From assembly GCA_965649265.1 (NCBI GenBank), contig CBFGKC010000006.1, positions 64,001 through 128,000 on the forward strand: a stretch of DNA of 64,000 nucleotides, written 5' to 3'. Source of the stretch: a candidate division WOR-3 bacterium. Its GTDB lineage: Bacteria > Hydrothermota > Tepidihabitantia > B3-TA06. Below are positions 40,319-50,064 of the stretch, piece by piece. Position numbers and translations under genes: made by a program. The number at the start of each line of letters is the position of its first letter. Within the stretch, counting starts at the first letter, position 1. The notes below the pieces were generated by a model. The model was not told the origin of the DNA. It was given only the letters and a program-made list of their open reading frames with translations, and ran no database searches.

Positions 40319-40529
40319 GAGCGATGATTTGGCATGCCTCTTCAGGATTTTTTTAGGAACGATTTGCCGGGTTCATCCACGTCCTTCATGAATTTTCTAT
40401 TGTCCCCAAATGATTTCTGAGGCAGTCGTTTGAGGTGCTACTCCCTTTGTCATACGCAAAAGGACCGCGATTCCGAACTTGCAATCTAGCTAATATTGAC
40501 ATGCACTCTTCCGTATCTATACTCACACC

Positions 40530-41003
40530 ATGCGCGTAGGCTTGGGTTTCGACTCTCACCCGTTCTCAAAAGAAAGAGCGCTCGTCATTGGCGGGGTGAA
40601 GATTCCCCATGAGCGGGGACTTTCCGGCCACTCCGATGCCGACGTGCTCCTGCATGCCGTCTGTGATGCCCTTATCGGCGCGGCAGGGCTTTCGAGCATC
40701 GGCGAGCTCTTCCCGGATACCGACCCTCATTACAAGGACGCCGACAGCGCTTTTTTGCTTCAGGAAGTATTCAATCGCATACAAAAACTCGGCTATCGCG
40801 TAGTAAACCTCGACTGCACTATTCTTGCCGAAGAGCCCATGCTCGTTCCCTATCGCGACCGGATGCGCGACCGGATCGCAGAGATACTCGAGATAGAGAT
40901 ATCCCAAATCGCAATAAAACCGAAAAGGGGAGAGGGTATGGGGTTCGTCGGCCGGGCCGAAGGCATTGCCGCATTTGCCGTCGTGCTCCTTGATATCGAA
41001 TGA
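40530..41003 (+). CDS. ispF: 2-C-methyl-D-erythritol 2,4-cyclodiphosphate synthase
   Basis: MRVGLGFDSH, GHSDADVLLHA, GEGMGFVGR. Confidence 0.96.
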   Translation: MRVGLGFDSHPFSKERALVIGGVKIPHERGLSGHSDADVLLHAVCDALIGAAGLSSIGELFPDTDPHYKDADSAFLLQEVFNRIQKLGYRVVNLDCTILAEEPMLVPYRDRMRDRIAEILEIEISQIAIKPKRGEGMGFVGRAEGIAAFAVVLLDIE

Positions 41004-41692
41004 TTCCTCTTCGCGACGAGATTCGACCTAAGAGGCGTCCTTACGTGGTTTACGTTCTTATCGGTCTGAACGTAGCCGTTTACCTCATCGAGTTACTCCT
41101 CTACCTCTCGAATCGCTCCTCATTCGGAGAATTCATCTACTCCTGGGGGCTTGTTCCGCGAAGGCTTTTCTTTGAAACCTCATGGACCGATATCGCCTCG
41201 ATATTCACCTCCATGTTCCTTCACGACGCGCCCAGCCCCTTGCACGTAGGTGCCAATATGCTCTTTCTATGGGTCTTCGGCGATAACATCGAGGACGCAA
41301 TGGGCCACTGGCTCTTTATCCCGTTTTATCTCGTTTGCGGAGCTGCGGGTGCGCTTTTGCACGCGGTCATTACCCCCTCATCACCGGTGGTCATGATAGG
41401 CGCTTCAGGCGCAATATCCGGGATACTGGGCGCTTACGTGGTTCTCCATCCCCGGTCAAAGGTGCTCTCGCTCGTCATCTTCTACTTCATAAGGATCATG
41501 TACATACCCGCATGGGTATTCATCGGCATCTGGTTCGGCTACCAGCTCTTGTACGGTATTCTCACACTCGGAAGCGGGGGAGGAGGGGTCGCGTTCCTTG
41601 CCCATATCGGCGGGTTTGTTGCAGGTCTCATCGTTGCCCTCATATTCCGCAAGAGGCTCCTAAGGGATTACTACATTGAAATCCACCCGTAA
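41000..41692 (+). CDS. Rhomboid intramembrane serine protease
   Basis: MIPLRD, TSMFLH, NMLFLWVFGDNIED, GASGAI, AHIGGF. Confidence 0.93.
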   Translation: MIPLRDEIRPKRRPYVVYVLIGLNVAVYLIELLLYLSNRSSFGEFIYSWGLVPRRLFFETSWTDIASIFTSMFLHDAPSPLHVGANMLFLWVFGDNIEDAMGHWLFIPFYLVCGAAGALLHAVITPSSPVVMIGASGAISGILGAYVVLHPRSKVLSLVIFYFIRIMYIPAWVFIGIWFGYQLLYGILTLGSGGGGVAFLAHIGGFVAGLIVALIFRKRLLRDYYIEIHP

Positions 41693-41752
41693 CACCCGTA
41701 ACACCCGTAACACCCACCCGTAACACCCATCTGTAATACCCACCAGTAATAC
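41685..41752 (+). repeat. Irregular ACCCGTAAC tandem array
   Basis: Three perfect 9-mers, an ACCC stutter, a fourth copy, then degenerate copies; supplies the rhomboid stop codon. Confidence 0.9.
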
Positions 41753-41891
41753 ATCCCTTTTCCTACTGTCCGTGATCTGGAAGGATGTCGTTCAGATTAT
41801 CTTAATGTAAGAGACCGATGTAGAGGTGCTTCTGAATGTAAAACCTCGTTTATGCGCTGTAAAACTCAGCCGAATTATAGACAATCTCTAA

Positions 41892-41918
41892 AAGGGTTCT
41901 AAGGGTTCTAAGGGTTCT
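41892..41918 (+). repeat. (AAGGGTTCT)3 microsatellite
   Basis: Three perfect 9-mers. Confidence 0.85.
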
Positions 41919-42014
41919 GAGGTGGGCGGCACCGGATGTCGCTTGTCGAACTTCGCTCGGTCGTACTGATTGGTCGAATCTGTTCGTGCAAAATCAGGAA
42001 GTTTTTTTGACATG

Positions 42015-42120
42015 AATGCGGGGTCCCCAAACGGATGCGGAGCAGACGCTTGGGGTAAAAAATGCGGGGTCCCCAAACGGATGTAGAGCAGACGCTTGGG
42101 GTGAAAAATGTGGGATACCT
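42015..42120 (+). repeat. 46-bp tandem direct repeat with internal palindrome
   Basis: AATGCGGGGTCCCCAAACGGATG..GAGCAGACGCTTGGGGT at 42015 and 42061, with a degenerate third start. Confidence 0.85.
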
Positions 42121-42155
42121 AAAAAGACTATGTGACTTTTGGGTCAAAAAGAGGG

Positions 42156-42902
42156 TTAATCGTCCGAATGGCCCCGGTTTATCATCTCCCACTCCTTTTG
42201 CTCGTCGACGAGAATGGGTTCTTCATCATTCTCATCGTAATCGGCCTCTGCGTAGTCGTGCAGTCTGAGACAGAGCTTTGCGTAGCTCTCGTCCTCGAAC
42301 CTCAGGCAGCACAACAGCCTGCCGCACATGCCCGAAATCTTGTCCGGGTTCACGTAAAGGTTCTGCCTGCGGGCCGAGCGAAGGCTTATAGGCCTCAATT
42401 CAGCCAAAAAGGCCGTGCAGCAGAGCGGCCTTCCGCATGGGCCAAGCCCGCCCACCAGCCTTGCATGATCCCTTATGCCTATTTGTTTTATGACTACCCT
42501 GCAGCCCAGAACCAGACTCACCTCCTTGTGCAGCTTGCGGAAATCCAGGCGGTGCTCGGAAAGAAAGTAGAACGCTATTTTCTGGCGGTCAATCCAGCCG
42601 TGAACGTCCACCACCCTCATGGGCATCTCGTACTCCTTGACTATTGCCTTGAACGTATTGAGGGCTTCGGCTTCCCATGAGCGCTGTTCCTTCAGAAGAA
42701 ACAGGTCATCTTCGGTGGCTTTTCTTATCGCGATGGCTTTTGGCTGGGCGTCGTCCGATTGGGCTTTTACGACACCGATGTCATCGCAGCCCTTGAAACG
42801 AAGTATGACCATGTCTCCAGGTAACAAATCAAGTCCCACCGCTGCGGTGGCGACCACGCGCATGAGCGAGTGACATTCTACTATGTAGTGCTTCTCACTC
42901 AT
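42156..42902 (-). CDS. PSP1/RicT (YaaT)-family protein
   Basis: RLDFRKL, QIGIRD, GGLGPCGRPLCC, KISGMCGRLLCCLRFE. Confidence 0.88.
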   Translation of the reverse strand: MSEKHYIVECHSLMRVVATAAVGLDLLPGDMVILRFKGCDDIGVVKAQSDDAQPKAIAIRKATEDDLFLLKEQRSWEAEALNTFKAIVKEYEMPMRVVDVHGWIDRQKIAFYFLSEHRLDFRKLHKEVSLVLGCRVVIKQIGIRDHARLVGGLGPCGRPLCCTAFLAELRPISLRSARRQNLYVNPDKISGMCGRLLCCLRFEDESYAKLCLRLHDYAEADYDENDEEPILVDEQKEWEMINRGHSDD

Positions 42903-42906
42903 CCGG

Positions 42907-44055
42907 TTATCCCGAGCCGGGCAGATATCCTGCGGGTGAAACCAGGACATACTGTCCGAATCCGAGCTTGTCCTCGAAGATGAACTCGGAACCGCCGTTG
43001 TAGGTCCATACGATATAAGGATTCTGGTTCATCTCGAAGGGATGTTCCTCGACCTGATCGGGCGGGCCGAAGCGCATGTATATCTTCGCCCTGTCCGAAA
43101 GGTATCCCTTGTCGCCGTGCCCGAAGCTGCGTTCGCAGTAGTTTATCTTCTCAAAGTAATTCTCGAGAGTTTCGTTGTAGTCGGTCTGGGGGGTGGGGTC
43201 CTTGGTTTTCCAGAAACTGTCCCAGACAGACTGCCTCATTTCTGGCGCGACTTTTTTCATGTACTCGCGTTCGTCGGTAGTCGTTATGTAGATGAGCTTG
43301 TCAACGAGTTCATTGTAACGGCCTGGATCGAGTTTGAATGGCTTTTGAATGCGGAAGAAGGCCTCCTCTTCATCCAGCATCTTTCCCTTGCCGAATGCCT
43401 TTATCGAAATCTTGTACTCCTCGGTGGGAAACTTTTCGAGACCCACTATCCACTTTGCTTCGTCCGGAGGCTTTTCGATGTTTTCCTTTTGGGTGAAACC
43501 CGAGGATTCCTTGAATGTGATAGTCAACAGCGCGGAGTCGAGCTCTTGCTCGTATACGGGCACGCTCACGACGAGCGTGTCGTTGCCTGTGAAGGGTTTC
43601 GAGAGCATCCTTTGTCCCTGCCCGTCCGCGATTTCAGGAGTTCCGAGCGCTTTATGGTAGATATCCATCTCGAAATCCTTGCTGAGCCTGCGGGTTGCGC
43701 CCAGCATTCGCACGCTTACATTGCCCTGGTAGTGTCCTTTGGGAAGAAAGACCTCGAGCGTTTCGGACACCGTCTTCATGCGTGAGGCAGCGTCCTCGGT
43801 GGACCACACAACAACGTCTCCGAAACTTTCAGTGCCGTATACCTCCTTCTTTTTGTCCGTCAGCTGCAAGACAGTCTGATACGATGCCTTGTACTCGTTG
43901 CCGGACTTAGTGAACTGAAGGCTCGAGTATGGCAGCGAAAGGTAAACTCTTACGAAGAATTTTCCATCCGCCTCGCCTCGTTCGATGGAGGTCTGAAAAT
44001 CGTACTCCACCGACCCTGGTTGACCAAGCAAAGATATAATTAATAGTAACTGCAT
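42907..44055 (-). CDS. GWxTD-domain protein
   Basis: FWKTKDPTPQTDYNE...GYLSDRAKIYMRFGPPD. Confidence 0.85.
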   Translation of the reverse strand: MQLLLIISLLGQPGSVEYDFQTSIERGEADGKFFVRVYLSLPYSSLQFTKSGNEYKASYQTVLQLTDKKKEVYGTESFGDVVVWSTEDAASRMKTVSETLEVFLPKGHYQGNVSVRMLGATRRLSKDFEMDIYHKALGTPEIADGQGQRMLSKPFTGNDTLVVSVPVYEQELDSALLTITFKESSGFTQKENIEKPPDEAKWIVGLEKFPTEEYKISIKAFGKGKMLDEEEAFFRIQKPFKLDPGRYNELVDKLIYITTTDEREYMKKVAPEMRQSVWDSFWKTKDPTPQTDYNETLENYFEKINYCERSFGHGDKGYLSDRAKIYMRFGPPDQVEEHPFEMNQNPYIVWTYNGGSEFIFEDKLGFGQYVLVSPAGYLPGSG

Positions 44056-44440
44056 CACTATATCATAACCGCATAGAGTGAGATGTCAAGAAGGAGGTTT
44101 GCTCCTTTGCCGAAAAGATCGCAAGAGAAGGGTTCCGGACAGAAGCTCATTCGGTTTTAAGCCTGCAGTTTTGCCAGTACAGTCTTACGACTCTGAAGTA
44201 ACTTCCGTAAGACCCATCGGTCGAACTTCGTTCGAGAAAGACGTTGTAAGATCAGGGTGTTTTGGACAAGGAGCTAACTGATTCAGATAAGAGAATCTCT
44301 GGGCAAGCTTGGCTGTCACTATTACGAATCTCAGGTAGTGTCGGAGGTGCTGCAACCTCCTGAAGGCGTAAGTAAAGCCAATCAATAACCTCGTTCACTT
44401 TGTTTATCTTTTCTTGCCGAAAGACAAGAAGCTAGGGAAG

Positions 44441-44602
44441 GCTCTGAGTGAGGGCGAGCGCCTCGAAGGCGCTGGGCGCAAGCTTCACTTCCGCCATTTT
44501 ACATCTACTCTCTAATGAGGAGCGCCGGAGGCGCATGAGCAGAATGGAATTCTACAACTGAGGGCGTCGACATCGAATGTCGCTTGTCGAACTTCCTTCG
44601 AC
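44441..44602 (-). repeat. Dispersed ~170-bp intergenic element (copy B)
   Basis: Reverse complement aligns by eye with 37286-37461. Confidence 0.8.
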
Positions 44603-44659
44603 AGATTATTCCATGGAAAGATCAGAGGGAAAATCTGAGAGGGGGGCTCTGAGTAGTGC

Positions 44660-44717
44660 CCCGTAACACACCCGTAACACACCCGTAACACACCCGTAAC
44701 ACGACCGTAACACGACC
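44660..44717 (+). repeat. CCCGTAACACA 11-bp tandem array
   Basis: Three perfect units plus two variants. Confidence 0.9.
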
Positions 44718-44787
44718 TCGTTCGACTTTGTTCGTAATTGAGGGAAAGCTGCTCAGATTGTCTTATCAGTGTCGTTGAATATGGTTC

Positions 44788-44817
44788 TGAGGAGGGCTGA
44801 GGAGGGCTGAGGAGGGC
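44788..44817 (+). repeat. (TGAGGAGGGC)3 microsatellite
   Basis: Three perfect 10-mers. Confidence 0.85.
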
Positions 44818-46577
44818 TACCACTCGATCATGTAAATAGCATTATTCCAATCGGAAAGTACTGCCTGGGTCTTACCTAAATAGCTCCGTACCCAGATATC
44901 TGTGATGAGAGTGCCCACTTTCTTTCTCTTGATGAGTGACGGATTGGCAGGGCTTGAAACATCAAGAACCCTAAGTCCGCATACTCCGTCGGCCAGATAA
45001 GCCGTATTTCCCGAGAAGTAAAAACCTCTGGTATCGCTTCCCTGATCCCCGACCCATGTCGCCAGTTGTTTGGGTTTCTGGGGATTGGTTACGTCAAGAA
45101 CAATAAACCCTTGAGTACCGGCTGCAACGTAAGCACACTGTTGCGCGACGAATACCTTGTAAACCGCGTCACTTGTCGGAAATATGCTTGCATGCTGTAT
45201 CGGGTCGTTTGCAACCGGATTCCAACTGAGGATTTGCACGCCCGCATTACCTTCGGAAACGTATATGTAGTTGTCGGCCACAAAAATGCTCTGAGGTATG
45301 TCGTAAATGGTGTCAACACAAAGAGTGGTATCGGTGTTGTAGTCGAAATACACGATGGTGCTTGTGGAAGTAGCTGGATTGGTGCAACCTATAAAGATTG
45401 CGCTTCCCAGATTGTATACCGCTCTTGCTTCCCCGCCCAGGGTTGATGCGTCAATAGAAATAACTTCCTCTGGCGAGTATGGGTCCGAAACATGGTATGC
45501 GTGGTAACCTTCCTTGCCGAAAGCCACATGCAGAAGGTTTGCCGGGAGGTAAAGATCGTAGGCGTAGGCGTCAGGGTTGCCGTGAGGAGTACGTATGACG
45601 GTTCCGGGGTTCAGCCCGGCGTCGAAAACCTGAAAGCCTTGCACGCTCTTTTCACGTGCGGCACAGAAAATGTGGTCTGCGGTATTGGCCAGGCGGACGC
45701 CGTGACCTCCGTCAAGATCAAGTGTTCCTGAGAGGCTGTCAGTAGTGGTAAAGATTCTATTCGAGTAAACCCTTTTGTTGTCGGAGTCAACTATCGCTAC
45801 AACGTAATAGTATCCGGTTCCAGGGGTCAGAGAAACGTCCGTCCATGTCGTGTCCGTCTGGTTGAATATTACCTCAACAGCCGAACCGATTGTGTTGGTA
45901 TCGGGCGCGACAGAGCGGTAAATTTCGTAGCAAAACCATCTGGCGTAGGTGCTGGCAGTCCAGGTGAGTGTCAGTTGTCTGGTCGTAACATTTGTGGCCG
46001 GCAAGAGGGTTACTGGTTTGAGGGTATCTTTTTCAACGGTCACAACCAGAGAATCATAAGCAACCCCGCCTTTACCGTCTGAAACCGTCAGGCAAAAAAG
46101 GTATTCTTTAGGATCCCAGGGAGCCTTCCACGTAAAGGATTGTCCTGAATAGATCGTATCCTCATCCACGGATGCCCATTCGAAGGTCAAAGAATCGCCG
46201 TCGGGATCCTCTGCGGCGGTCTGGATGAGAGTGGTATGGCCGGTCTTTAAGGGATTTACGGAAGCGGATACCGATGTTATTACGGGTTGGTTATTTCCTT
46301 TAATGAGTTCGGCCGTCGTGTCGAAAGAAGGGAGTTGCATGGTTAAATCAATCTCATGTTTCCACTCCACATAATCCGTGAGCGCCAACCTCAATTCGTG
46401 ATGGCCGAAAGGCACGTCCTCGAGTACGCAATCCGTCTTTGCTCCTGTAAGGCTGTCGTCGAGGAAAATATCTGCGCCCGAAGGTACCGACTTGATATCT
46501 ACCGTTCCCGTTTGAGGCAGGCAAGAAATTGTCGCGATCAAAGCCGGATAAAATAACCTCAGCAAACCCTTTTGCAT
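44817..46577 (-). CDS. Lipoprotein with PEGA, Ig/FN3-like and LVIVD-repeat domains
   Basis: ATISC lipobox; SVPSGADIFLD (PEGA); DPDGDSLTFEW; AYLADGVCGLRVLDVSSP. Confidence 0.8.
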   Translation of the reverse strand: MQKGLLRLFYPALIATISCLPQTGTVDIKSVPSGADIFLDDSLTGAKTDCVLEDVPFGHHELRLALTDYVEWKHEIDLTMQLPSFDTTAELIKGNNQPVITSVSASVNPLKTGHTTLIQTAAEDPDGDSLTFEWASVDEDTIYSGQSFTWKAPWDPKEYLFCLTVSDGKGGVAYDSLVVTVEKDTLKPVTLLPATNVTTRQLTLTWTASTYARWFCYEIYRSVAPDTNTIGSAVEVIFNQTDTTWTDVSLTPGTGYYYVVAIVDSDNKRVYSNRIFTTTDSLSGTLDLDGGHGVRLANTADHIFCAAREKSVQGFQVFDAGLNPGTVIRTPHGNPDAYAYDLYLPANLLHVAFGKEGYHAYHVSDPYSPEEVISIDASTLGGEARAVYNLGSAIFIGCTNPATSTSTIVYFDYNTDTTLCVDTIYDIPQSIFVADNYIYVSEGNAGVQILSWNPVANDPIQHASIFPTSDAVYKVFVAQQCAYVAAGTQGFIVLDVTNPQKPKQLATWVGDQGSDTRGFYFSGNTAYLADGVCGLRVLDVSSPANPSLIKRKKVGTLITDIWVRSYLGKTQAVLSDWNNAIYMIEW

Positions 46578-46744
46578 CTCTCGTCCTTTCTGAAAGTTAA
46601 TTTAGTATAACCTCGTAATGGGGTATGTCAAGGCAAACAAAACGCGGGGTCGAAGTTCCGTAAAACTTGTTTCATCATCTTGCTAATGCATCAATCCGGT
46701 TTTCTGATTGTCTGCTCCAGGCTTGGGCTAGGGGGAGGAGGCAA

Positions 46745-46874
46745 GGCCTGGACAATCTGGAGTGTAAAATGTCCATTTCTTCGCAGCATATCGATATCCT
46801 CACGTTCCTTCAGACTCAAGTGATAGTATTCCTTGTGCATACTTATAGCAACGAAATTCCACTCACTTTTCAAG
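46745..46874 (-). pseudogene. IS30-family transposase N-terminal HTH remnant
   Basis: YYHLSLKEREDIDMLRRNGHFTLQIVQAL resembles IS30 HTH starts; no DDE domain follows. Confidence 0.5.
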
Positions 46875-46975
46875 GTCTTGAAAATCATTGTTTGTACTTA
46901 CTTCATTCTACTTGACAAAGCTAGGAATGTTATTAATCTTGACGTATATATCAACAATATAATCAAAGGAGAGAG

Positions 46976-47866
46976 ATGGAAAAAACCACAGTCCTTGCAA
47001 AGCTTCGGGTGTCAATGAAATTCTCAGAAGAAGCCCAAGATTGGTTAAGGGAGGTATCGAAAAAGGATATTTGGTTTACGAAAGAAGCAGGAACTCCTTT
47101 CTTTTTGGAATTCAGAGGGTGGTGGAAAAAAGCCCTGATTTCTTCAAGTGAACCAATAATATGTGAGTATTTTCTTGGTCTTGGTTTGCCTGAAGATAAG
47201 CTCCCTCATATTGAGCTATATGAAACTTATCCGGGATCATGGAATATGGATGCATCTCTGGTGATTGTTGGAGCAGTAGGGATGGCATATAAGATTCTGA
47301 AGGGTCTTTCTGAACTCCCCAAGATTGCAGATGGTCTAATGAAATTAAGGGATCGATTAAAACAAGCGTTCACAAAAGAAGCAAATCAAAAAGCAACCGA
47401 AGCCCTTACAACTCAGGTAAAACAGAATAATTTACCTTCTCCTCCATCCAATCCGATTCGGACTGATTACGTTATAGATGCTCGTCCCATCGTTGCGTTA
47501 ACTTCCGTGACTTCTTCCCATGGGCTTCACATGAGTGTTGCTGTAACTCGAGGTGCCTTAACACTTGAGAATCTCGGAGATGAGCCACTAAGGGATATAA
47601 GGATAGGTATATTCAAGAGTAATTCCCCTCAAAATGAATGGAGGTATGCAGATTCTTACATGGGTGAAGTGGCTATGTTGTCCTCAAAGCAAACAATTAC
47701 GAAGGAATTAGCTGACTTTAGAGATTCCGATGATATACCTTTGGACCTTTCCGATGATATTCCCTTTTATGTAGATTGTTGGATTCAAGATATTCACGGT
47801 ATCTACCTTTTTATATTCTACCTAGAAAAAGAAAATCCTAAAGAACAACGTAGGGGCCGACCTTAA
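46976..47866 (+). CDS. AT-rich hypothetical protein
   Basis: 296-aa ORF with SD AAGGAG and upstream TTGACA-16-TAATCT. Confidence 0.65.
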   Translation: MEKTTVLAKLRVSMKFSEEAQDWLREVSKKDIWFTKEAGTPFFLEFRGWWKKALISSSEPIICEYFLGLGLPEDKLPHIELYETYPGSWNMDASLVIVGAVGMAYKILKGLSELPKIADGLMKLRDRLKQAFTKEANQKATEALTTQVKQNNLPSPPSNPIRTDYVIDARPIVALTSVTSSHGLHMSVAVTRGALTLENLGDEPLRDIRIGIFKSNSPQNEWRYADSYMGEVAMLSSKQTITKELADFRDSDDIPLDLSDDIPFYVDCWIQDIHGIYLFIFYLEKENPKEQRRGRP

Positions 47867-47875
47867 GGTCGGCCC
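47850..47875. repeat. GTAG-type REP palindrome or bidirectional terminator
   Basis: GTAGGGGCCGACCTTAAGGTCGGCCC at the junction of convergent genes. Confidence 0.65.
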
Positions 47876-47905
47876 GCGATTTCTCTCGAGAAAGATTTTA
47901 ACCGG

Positions 47906-49453
47906 TTAAAATCTCTCCGTTATTGATTTTCCCTGCATGAACAGCAACAAGTAGTCGCGTCCGCCGGCCTTGGAGTCGGTGCCGGACATGTTGAAACCGC
48001 CGAACGGCTGCACGTCAACGAGCGCCCCCGTGCACTTGCGGTTGATGTACATGTTGCCGACGTGGAAGAGCCTCTTGGCCTTCTCTATCTTTGCTCTGTC
48101 GCGTGTGAACACCGCGCCGGTCAGGCCGTACTCGGTCGAGTTCACTATCCTGAGGCCGTCTTCAAAGTCCTTGCACTTTATCAACGCAAGAACCGGAGCG
48201 AATATCTCCTCCTGCGCGATGCGGGCGTCCCAGGCGATATCGCCGAATACGGTGGGTTCGATAAAGAAGCCCTTGTCGCCGGCGCGGCCGCCGCCCGTCA
48301 GGAGCTTGCCTTCCTTTTTGCCAATCTCGATGTAGGCGAGCGTGTTCTTCATTGACTTCTCGTTGATAACGGGGCCCATCCAGTACTGCTGGTCCTTGGT
48401 GGGGCCGACCGTGATCTTCTGCACGCGCGGCACGAGCTTTTTCACGAACTCGTCGTAGACCTTCTCTGAGATTATCGCGCGCGAGCAGGCCGAGCACTTC
48501 TGACCCTGGAACCCGAACGCCGATATCGCGACCGCTTCCACCGCGGCGTCTATATCGGAATCCTCGTCCACAAGGATGCAGTCCTTGCCTCCCATCTCGG
48601 CGACCACGCGCTTTATCCAAATCTGGCCCTTCTGCGTTTTGGCCGCGTTCTCGATTATCCGCAGACCAACTTCCTTGGAGCCCGTGAAGCTGATGAACCG
48701 CGTCTTGGGATGGTTCACGAGGTACTCGCCCGCTATCGAGCCCGGGCCGGTCAAAAAGTTAAGCACCCCCCCGGGGAGTCCGGCTTCCTTCATTATCTCT
48801 AAAAATAGCTGACCCATCATGGGCGAATCTGAGGAGGGCTTGAGGATTATCGTGTTGCCCGTGACCATGGCGGCCGTGCTCATGCCGACGAGGATCGCCC
48901 AGGGGAAGTTCCACGGCGGAATAATCAATCCGACTCCGAGTGCGATGTAGCGCAGTTCGTTGTTCTCGCCAGGGAAAGGTGTTACGCCCTGATTGGGGCC
49001 CAGTCTCAGCATCTCGCGTGCGTAGAAGTCGAGAAAGTCTATGCCCTCGGCGGTGTCCGCGTCCGCCTCGAGCCAGTTCTTGCCTTCCTCGAGAACCATC
49101 GCGGCGTTTATCTCGTAGCGGCGGCGGCGCGAAATCTCGGCGGCCTTGAGAAAGATGTTCGCGCGCTCGCGGTAGTCAAAGAAGCGCCACCACTCGAACG
49201 CCTCGAGTGCCGCCTGCATTGCCTGCTCGGCCAGCTTCTCGTCGGCTTTCTGGAAGTTGCCGATGACCTGCTCGGGATTCGCGGGATTGATTGACGCAAA
49301 GGTTTCCTTAGCCTTCACGTCCTTTCCGCCGATGTACAGGGGATAGGTCTGGCCAAGCTTCGCCTCGAGCGCGGCAATGGCCTCAAGCTGCTTTTTCTTG
49401 CAGCCCTCGCACGAAAAGTCCTTGTAAGTTTCGTTCTTGAACGGAAGAACCAC
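47906..49453 (-). CDS. pruA: 1-pyrroline-5-carboxylate dehydrogenase (RocA/PruA type)
   Basis: PWNFP, FTGSKEVG, AEMGGK, GQKCSACS, EEIF, GTDSKAGG. Confidence 0.93.
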   Translation of the reverse strand: MVLPFKNETYKDFSCEGCKKKQLEAIAALEAKLGQTYPLYIGGKDVKAKETFASINPANPEQVIGNFQKADEKLAEQAMQAALEAFEWWRFFDYRERANIFLKAAEISRRRRYEINAAMVLEEGKNWLEADADTAEGIDFLDFYAREMLRLGPNQGVTPFPGENNELRYIALGVGLIIPPWNFPWAILVGMSTAAMVTGNTIILKPSSDSPMMGQLFLEIMKEAGLPGGVLNFLTGPGSIAGEYLVNHPKTRFISFTGSKEVGLRIIENAAKTQKGQIWIKRVVAEMGGKDCILVDEDSDIDAAVEAVAISAFGFQGQKCSACSRAIISEKVYDEFVKKLVPRVQKITVGPTKDQQYWMGPVINEKSMKNTLAYIEIGKKEGKLLTGGGRAGDKGFFIEPTVFGDIAWDARIAQEEIFAPVLALIKCKDFEDGLRIVNSTEYGLTGAVFTRDRAKIEKAKRLFHVGNMYINRKCTGALVDVQPFGGFNMSGTDSKAGGRDYLLLFMQGKSITERF

Positions 49454-49531
49454 ATTTCCTCCTTGGGTTGGATTTTGATTTTGAATTTTGAGATAATCTT
49501 ACCGATTAGGGAAGGAAAGTCAAACGGGGAA

Positions 49532-49567
49532 GCCCCCTCGCCCGTCGGGGAAGGGGAAGGGTGAGGG
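49532..49567. repeat. REP-like CCCCTC..GGGTGAGGG element
   Basis: Same family as the elements at 29597, 31696 and 50410. Confidence 0.6.
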
Positions 49568-49695
49568 TTACCGGGGTTCCCTCGGACGTGCCTGGTTCGT
49601 TCGTGAGGAAAAGAAAAGTCAAATGAAAATACTGTTGACATTTTAGGCGTGATATGTACAATATCTTACAGGCTTTTTTTAACAGAGGAGGATTC

Positions 49696-50064
49696 ATGCC
49701 AAGATTCAAATGCCCTCATTGTGGTTTTCCATTCGATGCTCCAGCAGCTAAAACTGTGTTTTGTCCAAGATGCAGAGGACCAGTTGCTCAATTCAAAGGG
49801 GGTGGTTGTTTTATTGCGAGTGAAGTGTATGGGGCAAACGCTACTCAAACTAATACTCTTCGATTGTATCGCGATCAAATTCTTCTTAAATCAAAAATCG
49901 GCTGTATTACAGTTGCTTTGTATTACCTCACATCTCCGAAAGTTGCGCAATTCCTTTATACTCATAGATCTTACTCTGTATTTGTTCGTCAGTCTTTTTT
50001 AGATTCTTTTGTGAATTACGCAGAAATATGTCTTAAACAACATGAGAGAAAACTGAAGGTCTAG
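49696..50064 (+). CDS. Zinc-ribbon plus CFI-box-CTERM protein (AT-rich)
   Basis: CPHC...CPRC then GGGCFIASEVYG...LRLYRD...YYLTSP; SD GAGGAGG. Confidence 0.75.
   Translation: MPRFKCPHCGFPFDAPAAKTVFCPRCRGPVAQFKGGGCFIASEVYGANATQTNTLRLYRDQILLKSKIGCITVALYYLTSPKVAQFLYTHRSYSVFVRQSFLDSFVNYAEICLKQHERKLKV

Noticed and set aside
42015-42120. 46-bp repeats as a CRISPR array
   Set aside because: Head-to-tail copies with no unique spacers; no cas genes in the window
43042-43785. Long antisense ORFs (also 3718-4377, 39522-40199, 34015-34533)
   Set aside because: Shadows of well-supported genes on the opposite strand
44078-44440. Small ORFs upstream of the GWxTD gene
   Set aside because: No recognisable domain or consistent start signals
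44660-44717. 11-bp array as CRISPR
   Set aside because: Units are too short and have no spacers
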